NCBI GenBank assembly: GCA_039932755.1
Contig: JBDTPJ010000004.1
Span: forward strand, 1,072-65,071
DNA: 64,000 nucleotides
Reading direction: 5' to 3'
DNA from: Betaproteobacteria bacterium
GTDB taxonomy: Bacteria > Pseudomonadota > Gammaproteobacteria > Burkholderiales > Casimicrobiaceae
This document shows, in pieces, positions 42,938 through 53,187 of this stretch. Below the pieces are notes generated by a model. The model saw only the letters and a program-made list of their open reading frames with translations, was not told the DNA's origin and did not search any database. The translations under genes and the position numbers were made by a program. Each line of letters opens with the position of its first letter. Position 1 is the stretch's first letter.

Positions 42938-43558
42938 TCAAGGCGTGCGTTGCGCCTCATTCCAGCGATCCACAACCACGCGCACTTCGACGGGTTCCAC
43001 ATCGGGGTATCTCAGTAGGAGGCGAGATGGCCGCGCGGTTGGCGCATTGTCTGGATACGCATAGACAATTTCCCAGGCTTGCTGCCGCAGCACCAGCACA
43101 CGGCCCGACGCGTCGCGCTCCACGGACGTGGTGACGCCCGCACGCGCGGTGCCGCGAATCCAGAACGCCAGGTCATCCATGGGAATCGGGGCGCCGAGCA
43201 GCGCGACGGTCATCGAGCTCCAGTCCGGAAAACTTTCTGTCGCGCCATCGGGACGCTCGATCACGACCCGGCCCGCCGTGCCGTCGACGCGCGCATACAC
43301 CTGCCCGAACGGCGACGACAGGTCGATGCGGTCGCGATTCCCGGCATGATCCCAGCTGAAAACCGCGGCAGCGCCGTTAGTACCGCGCTTGGCCGAAAGC
43401 CGTCCGCCGATGCTGAACGGCGTGTCGGTCGCGACGGTTGCAGCGGTATCGACGCGGGCAGGAGGCGCGGTGGCGCACGCCGCGAGAACGCCCGCAGACA
43501 CGGCGAAGGAGAAGAGCGCACACCGGCGGCGCAACGAACCCGCCCCGCACCCCTCCAT
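42938..43558 (-). CDS. lolB: Outer membrane lipoprotein insertase
   Basis: Lipobox LAAC, GRLS, F.W, LSSPFGQ, LG..IP...L.FW; start uncertain. Confidence 0.88.
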   Translation of the reverse strand: MEGCGAGSLRRRCALFSFAVSAGVLAACATAPPARVDTAATVATDTPFSIGGRLSAKRGTNGAAAVFSWDHAGNRDRIDLSSPFGQVYARVDGTAGRVVIERPDGATESFPDWSSMTVALLGAPIPMDDLAFWIRGTARAGVTTSVERDASGRVLVLRQQAWEIVYAYPDNAPTARPSRLLLRYPDVEPVEVRVVVDRWNEAQRTP

Positions 43559-43574
43559 GCGCCCAACCGGTGAC

Positions 43575-45380
43575 TCACTTCGAATAGCGGCGCACCGTTT
43601 CGAGCAACAGCGGATTGTCGGGCGTCGTCTGCAACTGCGCCTGCCAGACTTCCTGGGCCTTGACCGGTTCGCCCTTCTTCCATAGCACCTCGCCCAGGTG
43701 CGCCGCAATCTCCGCATCCGGACGTTGCGTCATCGCGCGCCGGAGATAACTCTCCGCGTCGTCGAGCTTGCCCAGCCGGTAAAACGCCCAGCCCATGCTA
43801 TCCAGTATGAAAGGATCCTCGGGTGCCAGCTTGTAGGCCTTTTCTATGAGCGCGAACCCTTCGCTCGTGCGCGGGGTGCGGTCGACCAGCGTGTAGCCCA
43901 GCGCATTGAGCGCATGCGCATCGTCCGGCTTCAATTCCACAACGCGCCGCAACCTTGCTTCGGCCTCGTCGATCTTGTCCAGTTTTTCCGCGACCATTGC
44001 GGCGTCATAGAGAAGGTCGGTGGCATCGGGCTGCTCGTCCAACGCCTGGTTAAGGACCGCGTAGGCAGCGGCATGGTCATTGGCGTCGCGCAACAACGCG
44101 GCCTCGGCCTGCCGCACCTGAATGCGCTGTTCGATCGTAACCGCAGGAAGTTCCGACAAATACTTACGTGCTTCGGGAACTTTGTTGAGCTTGGCCATCA
44201 TGGCCGCGACACGCAGCTTGGCGAGCCAGGCGCGTTCGCCTTCGGGCACCGCGAGATACCGGTCGATGGCCTCCTGGTACCGCCCCGTTTCGTCGGCGAC
44301 CTGGCCCAGATAGAGTTCGACGACGCCGCCTTCGCCGTAGCCCGCCTTGCCAAGGTCGGTGAATAGCGCTTCGGCAGTGGTCCAGTCCTTCATCTGCATC
44401 GAAATTGCCGCGACGCCGAACTCGAATTCCCGGGCGCTGCGATCGCCATCCCAAAGCGACTGGAATACGGCACGAGCTTCGGCGTAGCGCTTTTGCTCGA
44501 CATAGACCTGCGCTAGCGCACCCGCGGCAGACTTGGCGTCCGGATTGGCCGCGACGTACTGCTGCAGGTAGGCAATCGCGGCGGTACCCGAGCCCTTGGC
44601 CAGGATGTCAGCCTTGAGCAATGCCGCCCTTTCCCAACCGGGTTTCAATTCCAGCGCGCGGTCTACTTCGACCAATGCCGGTTCCACGCCCTTATTGGCC
44701 GGGATTTCCGCGAAGTAAGCCGCATAGGCAACCGCGAAGTGTGCCTCGGGGCTTGTGGGATATGGTTTGGCAAGCGCGCTGACGATGCCATAGGCCTGCT
44801 TGCGTTCGGACTGCTGGGCCAGGAACCGGTTGATCTGCAGGAAAATCTCGCCGACGCTCTGGCCGGAAACGGCCGCATCGCTCAGGAGCTTTTCCAGCCG
44901 AACGCGGATTTCATCGTCGACGGGATTTTCAGCGAGCTCCTTGCCCGGCGCGCCGCTGCTGATCGCGGCGATCACCTGCTTGGGTCGCGCGGCGTCGGGC
45001 TCGAGCGTCGACCAAAGCGTGGCCGATTCCACGGCCAGGCTGCGGCTGCGGGAAGCGAGGGCAATTTCCGTGGCGCGACGCGCCATGCGCGGATCCCGCG
45101 CCTCGCGCGCAACCTCGTAGTACGCGCGCGCTGCCAATGACAGTTCACCGCGCTGCATGGCGACTTCCGCCACCATGAACTTGTAGAACAGTTCCGCCGA
45201 GAGGCTGTCAGCTGCCGCCGGGGAGCGCTTTTCTACGGGGCGCGTGCTGCCTTCCGGCGGCTTCGATTGCGCGGCGCCCGGCAGGGGCGCGAGAAACGCA
45301 CAGGCTGCCACTGCCGCAACCACCAGCGGCGCGCGGAGCAGGAATGGAGAACGGCCATGCGGGATGCTGATAAGCGCCAT
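43575..45380 (-). CDS. Tetratricopeptide repeat protein
   Basis: Signal peptide, repeated TPR helices, LNALGY, ILDSMGW, HLGEVLW; usual position between mutM and lolB. Confidence 0.92.
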   Translation of the reverse strand: MALISIPHGRSPFLLRAPLVVAAVAACAFLAPLPGAAQSKPPEGSTRPVEKRSPAAADSLSAELFYKFMVAEVAMQRGELSLAARAYYEVAREARDPRMARRATEIALASRSRSLAVESATLWSTLEPDAARPKQVIAAISSGAPGKELAENPVDDEIRVRLEKLLSDAAVSGQSVGEIFLQINRFLAQQSERKQAYGIVSALAKPYPTSPEAHFAVAYAAYFAEIPANKGVEPALVEVDRALELKPGWERAALLKADILAKGSGTAAIAYLQQYVAANPDAKSAAGALAQVYVEQKRYAEARAVFQSLWDGDRSAREFEFGVAAISMQMKDWTTAEALFTDLGKAGYGEGGVVELYLGQVADETGRYQEAIDRYLAVPEGERAWLAKLRVAAMMAKLNKVPEARKYLSELPAVTIEQRIQVRQAEAALLRDANDHAAAYAVLNQALDEQPDATDLLYDAAMVAEKLDKIDEAEARLRRVVELKPDDAHALNALGYTLVDRTPRTSEGFALIEKAYKLAPEDPFILDSMGWAFYRLGKLDDAESYLRRAMTQRPDAEIAAHLGEVLWKKGEPVKAQEVWQAQLQTTPDNPLLLETVRRYSK

Positions 45381-45565
45381 ACGGACTCGTGAAGGACCAA
45401 CGACCGGCCTCATTGGGCCAACATTCAGTCGATGTTAGGCTATATTCGGCGGCGCAACAAACACCCTTGAGTCGGTTGCCCTCGTTTACCTTCGATTGCC
45501 CTTAGTTGCTACGCAGGTTTCGCTTACTTTCATTCAGTTCTCACTACTACCCTACCGCCACCGCG

Positions 45566-46381
45566 ATGCCCGAACTGCCCGAAGTCGAGACCACTCGCGT
45601 GAGCGTGGCGCCGTGTGTCGTCGGACGCCGGATCGCGAAGCTTCAGGTGTACGACCCGCGTCTGCGCTGGCCAGTTCCCGGGGACCTCCCGAAAAGGCTG
45701 GAAGGTGGAATCGTCGACGACCTGTCGCGCCGAAGTAAGTACCTGCTGTTTCGCGTGGGAAAAGGGTCGCTGCTGGTACATCTCGGAATGACCGGCAGTC
45801 TTCGGGTATACACGCAGGCGCCTCCCCGTCGCCCGCATGACCACGTCGACATCGTGTTCGATGATGGTTCGCGTCTTCGCTACCACGACCCGAGGCGCTT
45901 CGGCGCCATGCTGTGGGCGCCTGACCCTGCCCTCGCGCATCCTCTGCTGCGCGACTTGGGGCCCGAGCCATTCGATCCCGCGTTCGATGTCGACTACTTC
46001 TGGCGCGCGACGCGCACCCGCACCGCCGCCATCAAGCTGGTGCTCATGGATAGCCATCTCGTCGTCGGGGTCGGCAACATCTATGCGAACGAGTCGCTGT
46101 TTCGCGCCGGCATCCGGCCGACGACCCCGGCGAACAAGGTGTCGCGCCGGAGGCTTTTGCGCCTGGTCGAGGAGGTGCGCATCGTGCTGGCCGAGGCGAT
46201 CGCCAAGGGCGGCAGCACGCTGCGCGACTACGTCAGTGGCACGGGCGAGCCCGGCTACTTCCAACTCGACTACTTTGTCTATGGCAGGGACGGCGAGCCC
46301 TGCCGGACCTGCGGTACGCTCATCCGGCATCGGCGCGTGGGCGCCCGCGCCTCGTTCTACTGTCCGGTTTGCCAAAGGTAA
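45566..46381 (+). CDS. mutM: Formamidopyrimidine-DNA glycosylase
   Basis: MPELPEVE, HLGMTG, GVGNIYANE, C-terminal zinc finger. Confidence 0.98.
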   Translation: MPELPEVETTRVSVAPCVVGRRIAKLQVYDPRLRWPVPGDLPKRLEGGIVDDLSRRSKYLLFRVGKGSLLVHLGMTGSLRVYTQAPPRRPHDHVDIVFDDGSRLRYHDPRRFGAMLWAPDPALAHPLLRDLGPEPFDPAFDVDYFWRATRTRTAAIKLVLMDSHLVVGVGNIYANESLFRAGIRPTTPANKVSRRRLLRLVEEVRIVLAEAIAKGGSTLRDYVSGTGEPGYFQLDYFVYGRDGEPCRTCGTLIRHRRVGARASFYCPVCQR

Positions 46382-46673
46382 GGCGTTGCGATGGGCGGTG
46401 ACAGCCAGCCGCTGCCGGTAGCGCTTCACCACCGTAGGCAGTGACGGTCACGGTCAGGGGAAGACGCGCCGGGGCATGCCGGGTGGGGCGACGCAGCGCC
46501 TATTCCAAGGGTCGGCGCCGTCGGTTGTCTTTATCCGGAGAAGGGTCGGCCGCGATCGTCGCCCCGGGGTCGCCAGAACGGGCGCCTGCGTCCACTTTCG
46601 GCATGACTTGTGCTTTACAACCCTATGCTAGAGTCTTGAGCCCCCGACACCAATAACTTTCGGCGTCCCGACC

Positions 46674-48650
46674 ATGGTTCCCACTTCCCGCGATCTCGCT
46701 GCGCGCTTTGAAGCCTACAGCGACTGGCGCCGCCGTCTTTCCGCACGCATCTCGGGCCTGCACGATTGGCTGCAACAGCAGGACCTGGCCGATACCCAGG
46801 TCGACCTCAAAGTACAGCAGCTCCTGGAGCGACTGCATCAGGATAAGTTGATCGTAGCGTTCGTCGCGGAATTTTCGCGCGGCAAGTCTGAACTCATCAA
46901 TGCCATTTTCTTCGCGGATTTCGGCCAGCGGCTGCTGCCCTCGTCGGCGGGCCGCACAACCATGTGCCCGACCGAGCTCCTGTACGATGCGGCGCGGCCG
47001 CCGTCCATCCGGCTGCTGCCGATCGAGACACGCCTCAAAGACGCGACCGTTTCGGAATTCAAGAATTACGCGGACGAGTGGGTCACGTTCCCGCTGGACC
47101 TGGGCAACGCCGAGAAGATGGGCGAAGTACTGGGACGCGTATCGCAGGTGAAGCGCGTACCGGTGGACCTAGCCCGCAAATATGGACTTTTCGGCGATGG
47201 CGAAGAAGACATGCTGGCCGCACTGGAGGACAACGACGAGAGCACCGTCGACATTCCGGCCTGGCGCCACGCGGTAATCAATTTCCCGCATCCGCTGTTG
47301 CAGCAGGGCTTGGTCATCCTCGACACGCCGGGATTGAATGCCATCGGGACAGAACCCGAGCTCACGCTCAATCTTCTGCCCAATGCCCACGCCGTGCTGT
47401 TCATCCTCGCCGCCGATGCCGGCGTGACCAAGACGGACCTCGAAGTGTGGAACCAGCACTTGTCAGGCGACGATCCTGCCACCAGGGCCGGGCGATTGGT
47501 CATCCTGAACAAGATCGATGGACTCTGGGACGACCTCAAGTCCGAAGGCGAGATCAACGCGGAAATCGGGCGCCAGATGCGCAACACGGCGCAAATGCTC
47601 GGCATCCCCGCATCGCAGGTGTTCGCCGCATCCGCGCAGAAGGCGCTCCTCGCCAAAGTGAATGGCGACGATGCGCTGCTCGCGCGGAGCCGCCTGCCGG
47701 CCCTGGAACAGTCCCTGTCGCAGAAACTCATTCCCGCCAAGCGCGACATCGTCGGCGCGGCATCGCAGGCGGAGTTGCGCGCGCTTGCCGCGGGCGTGCG
47801 CGCTATCCTCGACGCACGCGTCGCCGGAATTGCCGAGCAGCTTGCGGAACTGACGGCGCTGCGCGGCAAGAACCAGGACGTCGTCGGCCACATGATGGAA
47901 CGTGTCCGCCAGGAAAAGGATCTCTTCGAGCGTGGGCTCGCCCGCTACACCGCGCTGCGCAACGTATTCACGCAGCAGACCAACGAGCTCTTCGACCACA
48001 TCGGGCTCGAAGCGCTGCGTGCCAATGCAGGCCGCACGCGTCGCAGCATCGAGGACAGTCCGTTCACCAAAGGCGTGCGCGGGGCGATGAATCAATTCTT
48101 CGCCGGCATCCGCAATGACCTCGACGCGGCCGCACGCCAGGCCAGTGAAATCCACGACATGATGCGCGCGATGTACGCGCGCTTTGCCAAGGAACACGGG
48201 CTCGAACCGTTCAACCCGCCGCCTTTTTCCGTGCTCAAGTACCAGAAGGAAGTCGAGCGTCTCGAGCGCGCCTACAACACGCACTTCAACACGCTCTGGA
48301 ACATGGTCAGCAAGGCCAAGTTCGCGCTGATGAAACGCTTCTTCGAGACGATCGCATCGCGCGTCAAGCACGTCTACGACGTTGCCAATCGCGACGTCGA
48401 GGCATGGTTGAAGGCGGTAATGTCACCGCTGGAAAGCCAGGTGCGCGAGCACCACCTCCAGTTGCGGCGAAGGCTGGAAAGCATCAAGCGCATTCACCAC
48501 GCCAGCGGCGAACTCGAGGAGCGCATCGCCGAACTCGAGCAGCAGGAAGCCGCCATTGCACTGCAGGTCAAAGGCCTGATGCTGGAGGTCGCGAGCGTTG
48601 ATGCGATCGTGCTGCAACCCGACGCACTGCCGTTGGCCGCCAACGGCTGA
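46674..48650 (+). CDS. Dynamin-like GTPase
   Basis: AEFSRGKS, GRTTMCPTE, DTPG, NKID, long helical C-terminus. Confidence 0.9.
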   Translation: MVPTSRDLAARFEAYSDWRRRLSARISGLHDWLQQQDLADTQVDLKVQQLLERLHQDKLIVAFVAEFSRGKSELINAIFFADFGQRLLPSSAGRTTMCPTELLYDAARPPSIRLLPIETRLKDATVSEFKNYADEWVTFPLDLGNAEKMGEVLGRVSQVKRVPVDLARKYGLFGDGEEDMLAALEDNDESTVDIPAWRHAVINFPHPLLQQGLVILDTPGLNAIGTEPELTLNLLPNAHAVLFILAADAGVTKTDLEVWNQHLSGDDPATRAGRLVILNKIDGLWDDLKSEGEINAEIGRQMRNTAQMLGIPASQVFAASAQKALLAKVNGDDALLARSRLPALEQSLSQKLIPAKRDIVGAASQAELRALAAGVRAILDARVAGIAEQLAELTALRGKNQDVVGHMMERVRQEKDLFERGLARYTALRNVFTQQTNELFDHIGLEALRANAGRTRRSIEDSPFTKGVRGAMNQFFAGIRNDLDAAARQASEIHDMMRAMYARFAKEHGLEPFNPPPFSVLKYQKEVERLERAYNTHFNTLWNMVSKAKFALMKRFFETIASRVKHVYDVANRDVEAWLKAVMSPLESQVREHHLQLRRRLESIKRIHHASGELEERIAELEQQEAAIALQVKGLMLEVASVDAIVLQPDALPLAANG

Positions 48651-48738
48651 CGAGTCGTCACAGCATTCGCGCACCGCAGGGAGGTGTTTGCGTCGGCCGC
48701 GAAATATCCCCCGGGGAGCCAGGGGCCTGCGTCTTACG

Positions 48739-50193
48739 CTAGAGCTTACGCAGGTAAGCGAGGAGTGCCGGAACCTCCGCATCGGTAAACGGGCGATCGA
48801 CGACTGGCGGCAGCACGCCCGGCTGCGTAGTCAAGAGCGGTGCGGCGGCGTTCTGGATCTGCACGCGGATAAAAAATTGCTTGTAGTGCTCGAGCATTTC
48901 CTCGAGCGTCGCTGCAGAGTTGTTGATGAAATACGGCGCGGTACGACTGATGCCGCGCAGGCCCGGGATGTCCATGTGCTGGATGTCGCCCGGGCCACCA
49001 GCGACGGGGTATCCGGTGAGCAGCATGCGCCCCGGATCGGTTGTCGTGACGCGGGTAACGCAAGCCGGCTGTGGAGGCGCGCCGCCGCAAGGGCTCCCGC
49101 TGGGCGCGGCGCCGCTGTTGGTGATCTCGTAGGTCCGCACGTTCTTCATTTGGCTCGCGCTACATACCGCGAACACGAATCGCGGCGGATTGAAATTATC
49201 GACCGGCCGAGGACAGGCGGTCGCGATGTCGTGGTACCGGGCCATCGCGGTGGGCGTCCCCGGGGTGCCCTGCAGAATCGGCGTGCTGCCGCTCGGATGG
49301 CCGCCTTGGTTGCCGTGGCACTGTCCGCAGGAACGGATGAACACCGCCTTGCCCATGGTTTCGAGGGGGTCGAGCGCGGGGTCTGGATCCGGCAGCGGGC
49401 TCGCGCCGACGGCGATGGCGTCGGAGAGCGCCTTCACGCCCGGAGAGGAGAACTTCGTGTTCTGGAAGGCCGCCAGGTCATCCAGGAACCTCGTCGACGG
49501 GTCGTACGCGACACCCGCATGTACCTGGAGCGCAGCCAGCGCTTGGGTCTGCAGCGTGTCAAAGCGCCCGTCGAGCTGGTAACCGCCCTGGAGGTTGGGT
49601 CCTCGCGACCACGTTGGGCCTGCTCCATCCGGGCCGGTGATTTTGACGTCGAGGATCGAGGGAACCGAGCGCCAAACGTCGGCGACGGTTTCGCTGGTCG
49701 GCCGGGCCGATGCCGGACACGGAACTGTCGCCCCGCAATCCAGGAGCTTTACGTTCGCGGGCAGCGGGATCGGGACGCGAATCAGACCGTTCTCGGTCAG
49801 ATTGGTGAAATCGTGCGCGGCCGCACCGTTCACCCGGAAGTCATTGGCGTCGATGGCCCGGAACAGCGGATCGTCAACGCCCGTCGCGGTCATCTGAGCG
49901 AGCCTTGCCTTCGCGGCCGCCGGGGTCAGCTGAAAGTTCTCGGTATCCATGTGACAGTCGGAACACGCTCGGCCGTTACCATCCAGCCCCGCCAGCGCGC
50001 GGTCGTGGAAGTTCGTCTTGCCGCGACAAACTGGGGTGTCGGTCGGAACGCGCCCCGGTTCCGTGACGCAGCCGTCGGCGTCCACGACAACGGACGAGTT
50101 GTCGCCATCGCCACCGCCACAGGCGGAGACCATGACTGCGACAAGTAGCGTTAGCGCCGCAAGCAACGTGCTGTTGAGGTGGTCTTTTTTCAT
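48739..50193 (-). CDS. Di-heme cytochrome c peroxidase-superfamily lipoprotein
   Basis: Lipobox VSAC, CSDCH and CGQCH, DGR, P.LR...TAPYF.N.S..TLEE...HY; RBS GGAGA. Confidence 0.85.
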   Translation of the reverse strand: MKKDHLNSTLLAALTLLVAVMVSACGGGDGDNSSVVVDADGCVTEPGRVPTDTPVCRGKTNFHDRALAGLDGNGRACSDCHMDTENFQLTPAAAKARLAQMTATGVDDPLFRAIDANDFRVNGAAAHDFTNLTENGLIRVPIPLPANVKLLDCGATVPCPASARPTSETVADVWRSVPSILDVKITGPDGAGPTWSRGPNLQGGYQLDGRFDTLQTQALAALQVHAGVAYDPSTRFLDDLAAFQNTKFSSPGVKALSDAIAVGASPLPDPDPALDPLETMGKAVFIRSCGQCHGNQGGHPSGSTPILQGTPGTPTAMARYHDIATACPRPVDNFNPPRFVFAVCSASQMKNVRTYEITNSGAAPSGSPCGGAPPQPACVTRVTTTDPGRMLLTGYPVAGGPGDIQHMDIPGLRGISRTAPYFINNSAATLEEMLEHYKQFFIRVQIQNAAAPLLTTQPGVLPPVVDRPFTDAEVPALLAYLRKL

Positions 50194-50382
50194 ACGTGGC
50201 TCTCCGGTAGGCACTGGCTGAATCGGCGCACGGTTATGCTTGCGCTTGCGTTTTTCTTCGGTCGCAGGCCAATTGCTGCCCCTATCCACTGAAACGCGAT
50301 TTGTGCCGAGAAAATGCCACCCGCCCCAAAATTTCTCGGGGTTACCTCTGGTGTGGGATGCGGCCGGCGCCGCGGGAGGGTC

Positions 50383-53187
50383 TTAGCGCCTGGCGTGGAG
50401 AAGCGCAAGCGCGGCATGAACCGGCTGCAATACCTCCGGGCCATCGACCTGCCCCGCGTCCCATACGGACAGTGCGGCGCGCCATTGCAGGTCCGCTTGC
50501 GCATGCGCGCCGGTGGCCGCGAGGCAATGCGCCGCCTCGGCAAGCGCCAGCCCATGCTCAAGCGCGGTGCAGCCACCTTGGGCGGCGACCGCCACCGCAT
50601 TTTCCGCGACAGCGCGAGCGTCGTCCGGCGAGCCAGCGGTGCGCAGTGCAAAAGCTCGCGCGCGTTGAAGGCGAACGAGGGCGGTGTCCCGAACGAGGGC
50701 GTTGTCCGATAGCGTAGCCACATGCAGCCGCATCGCGTCGGCGTGCTCCACTGCCTTTGCCGATCGCCCAGCCGTTGCCAGCGCCAGTACTCGAAGAGGT
50801 AAACGGTCGCTGGCGAGCCTCTCGGCGTCGCCGGTCGCGGCGGCCAACGCGTCCGCGCGTTCGAGATGCCGCACCGCCCCCTCGCCGTCACCGCGCAGCG
50901 CGCAGATCAGGCTGTGGCGCATGGCCTGGGTGATGCCCTCATCGTTGACGCCGCCGGTCAGGCGCTCGTGCAATGCCTCGGATTGCACCACCAGCGCCTC
51001 CGCCTCGTCGAAATGGCCGCCCAGCATCAGCGCGTTCAGGAGCAGTGTCATGTCAATTCGCACGCGCGCCGTTTCTTCGGCATCGAGGGCACGCTGCTCG
51101 GCCAGCACCTGGCGCAGAACGATCACCCCTTCGCGGGGACGGTTATCGCGTGCCAGCGCGTCGCCGTAAAAGCGTTCGACGACCAGCAACATCGGATGAG
51201 GACGCATCGCACCGAAGGCCGCGCGCGCAGGTGCCAGCGCCGGTTCGATGGCGGCAAGTGCCTCCCTCGCGCGGCCGAAATGCATGAACGTATTGGAGAG
51301 CGCCCCGCGCGCCCCGAGCGCGAGTTCACTGGCGGGCCCGAAGTGTTGTATCGCGATCTCGACGGCTTCGTTAAGCGCCGCCATGGCTGCGGTTTCGCGT
51401 CCGCGTTTGGTATGCACGAAGGCTTGGCTCTTGAGGGCATGAACGAGCAACTCGGTTTGCGCAGGCTGCACATCGCGTAGATCACTCACCAGCGCCAACA
51501 GCAACGGCTCGGACACTGACAACTCGCCGATCGAGTTGGCCGCCTCGACGAGGCGACGGCGGCAATTGAGGCTGAGATAGTGGGTTGCGCCCAGGGTGAG
51601 CGTGCATCGCTGCACGACCTTCGGCATCCATTCCAGCGCGGCGCGATAATCTCCCAGCTCAATGAAGCTGGTACCGATCAGGGCGCTCAACTCAGCTGCT
51701 ATTTCGGGTTGAGCCGAAAGGTCGGTCTCAACGCGACGTGCGGCGGCCCGCAGCAGGTCGACTGCTGTCACAGCGCCGCCATGGCCCGTGCGGGGCACCG
51801 CTTGCGTGAAGATGGATGCAATAAAATTTTTGACCTGCTCGGCGCGCGCCAAGGCGGCTCGAGCGCGCTCGGCCTCTCGCAGCGCGCGGTTGCGTTGCCA
51901 GAGCGCGACCAGAGCGCCGACGCCCAATGCGACCAGCACCGCCGCTTGCGCGTAGGCGCCACCGAGCAATGCCAGGAGCAGCCCCAGCGCAACCGCCGTT
52001 TCAATCTTGTGCCGCCGAACCCAGCGCTCGGCAAGGTACCAGCGCGCGGCGGGGCGCGCCTGGACGGCTTCACCGCGCAGATGGCGCTCCAAATCGTCCG
52101 CCAGCGCGTCCATGGTGGCGTATCGCTCACCGGGGAACTTGGCCAGCGCCTTGGCGAGGATGGCATCCAAATCGCCCGAAAGCTGGCGTCGCAGGACGCC
52201 TTCACCCGCGGTAATGCTGGCACGCGGCACCTCGACGCGTGCGATGGCCTCGGCCAGTGCCGCAGGCCCCAAGCCGGAAGGCAGCCGGTAAGGACGCACA
52301 CCCGCGAGCAATTCGAACATCACCACACCCAGAGAGTAGATGTCGGAAGCCGTGCCGATCGGATCGCCGCGAATGTGTTCCGGTGACGCATAGTCGGGTG
52401 TGAGCACCCTGACAGTTGCTTGCGTGAGTTGCGAACCCTCATCGGCCACGTCGGCGAACTGCGGGTCCACAAGCTTCGCGATGCCGAAGTCCAGCAAATG
52501 GGCCCTGCCCTGCGCATCGACAACGATGTTCGAAGGCTTCAAGTCTCGGTGAACGATGAGGCGCGCGTGCGCGTGCGCGACCGCTCGCGCCATCTGCACG
52601 ATGAGCTCGACCCGGGCGCGTATGGTGAGTCCCGCCGCCGTAGCATAGGCATCGATGGGCTGGCCATCGACGTATTCGAGCGCCAAAAACGGGCGACCGT
52701 CAGCGGCGAGGCCAGCGTCGTACAGACGTGCGATGTTCGGATGCGTCAACGATCCGAGGATATTTCGCTCGCGCACCATGCGCTCGGCGAACGATCCTAA
52801 GCCCCAGCTCACGTGCGGCAACTTCAACGCGACCTGACGCTCGAGCAGTCCATCGGAGCGTTCTGCGAGCCACACGCTGGCCATGCCGCCTTGACCAATT
52901 TCACGCAGGAGCCGGTAAGGACCCACGAGCGATCGCGCCACGGGGGCCCGCGGCATTGGCTCGGAAGGCATCGCCAAGGTTGCCGGCACCCGCAGAAAGT
53001 CGACCGTGCCGACGTCAGCGTGCGCGTGCAGCAGCAACTTAAGCATCGGCGACAGCCGCGCCTGCCCGGCCGGCAATGCCTCGATCCAGGCGGCGTGTTC
53101 GATAGACTCGAGGTCGAGAGCGGTATCGAGGAGAGTGAATATCTCTTGCCAATCGAGACGCGACGCGCGTTCAGCGAAGGCATGCAT
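50383..53187 (-). CDS. Hanks-type Ser/Thr protein kinase with TM and TPR-like region
   Basis: IGQGGMASV, VALK, HRDLKPSN, DFG, TPDYASPE, SDIYSLG; hydrophobic segment, then helical repeats. Confidence 0.95.
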   Translation of the reverse strand: MHAFAERASRLDWQEIFTLLDTALDLESIEHAAWIEALPAGQARLSPMLKLLLHAHADVGTVDFLRVPATLAMPSEPMPRAPVARSLVGPYRLLREIGQGGMASVWLAERSDGLLERQVALKLPHVSWGLGSFAERMVRERNILGSLTHPNIARLYDAGLAADGRPFLALEYVDGQPIDAYATAAGLTIRARVELIVQMARAVAHAHARLIVHRDLKPSNIVVDAQGRAHLLDFGIAKLVDPQFADVADEGSQLTQATVRVLTPDYASPEHIRGDPIGTASDIYSLGVVMFELLAGVRPYRLPSGLGPAALAEAIARVEVPRASITAGEGVLRRQLSGDLDAILAKALAKFPGERYATMDALADDLERHLRGEAVQARPAARWYLAERWVRRHKIETAVALGLLLALLGGAYAQAAVLVALGVGALVALWQRNRALREAERARAALARAEQVKNFIASIFTQAVPRTGHGGAVTAVDLLRAAARRVETDLSAQPEIAAELSALIGTSFIELGDYRAALEWMPKVVQRCTLTLGATHYLSLNCRRRLVEAANSIGELSVSEPLLLALVSDLRDVQPAQTELLVHALKSQAFVHTKRGRETAAMAALNEAVEIAIQHFGPASELALGARGALSNTFMHFGRAREALAAIEPALAPARAAFGAMRPHPMLLVVERFYGDALARDNRPREGVIVLRQVLAEQRALDAEETARVRIDMTLLLNALMLGGHFDEAEALVVQSEALHERLTGGVNDEGITQAMRHSLICALRGDGEGAVRHLERADALAAATGDAERLASDRLPLRVLALATAGRSAKAVEHADAMRLHVATLSDNALVRDTALVRLQRARAFALRTAGSPDDARAVAENAVAVAAQGGCTALEHGLALAEAAHCLAATGAHAQADLQWRAALSVWDAGQVDGPEVLQPVHAALALLHARR

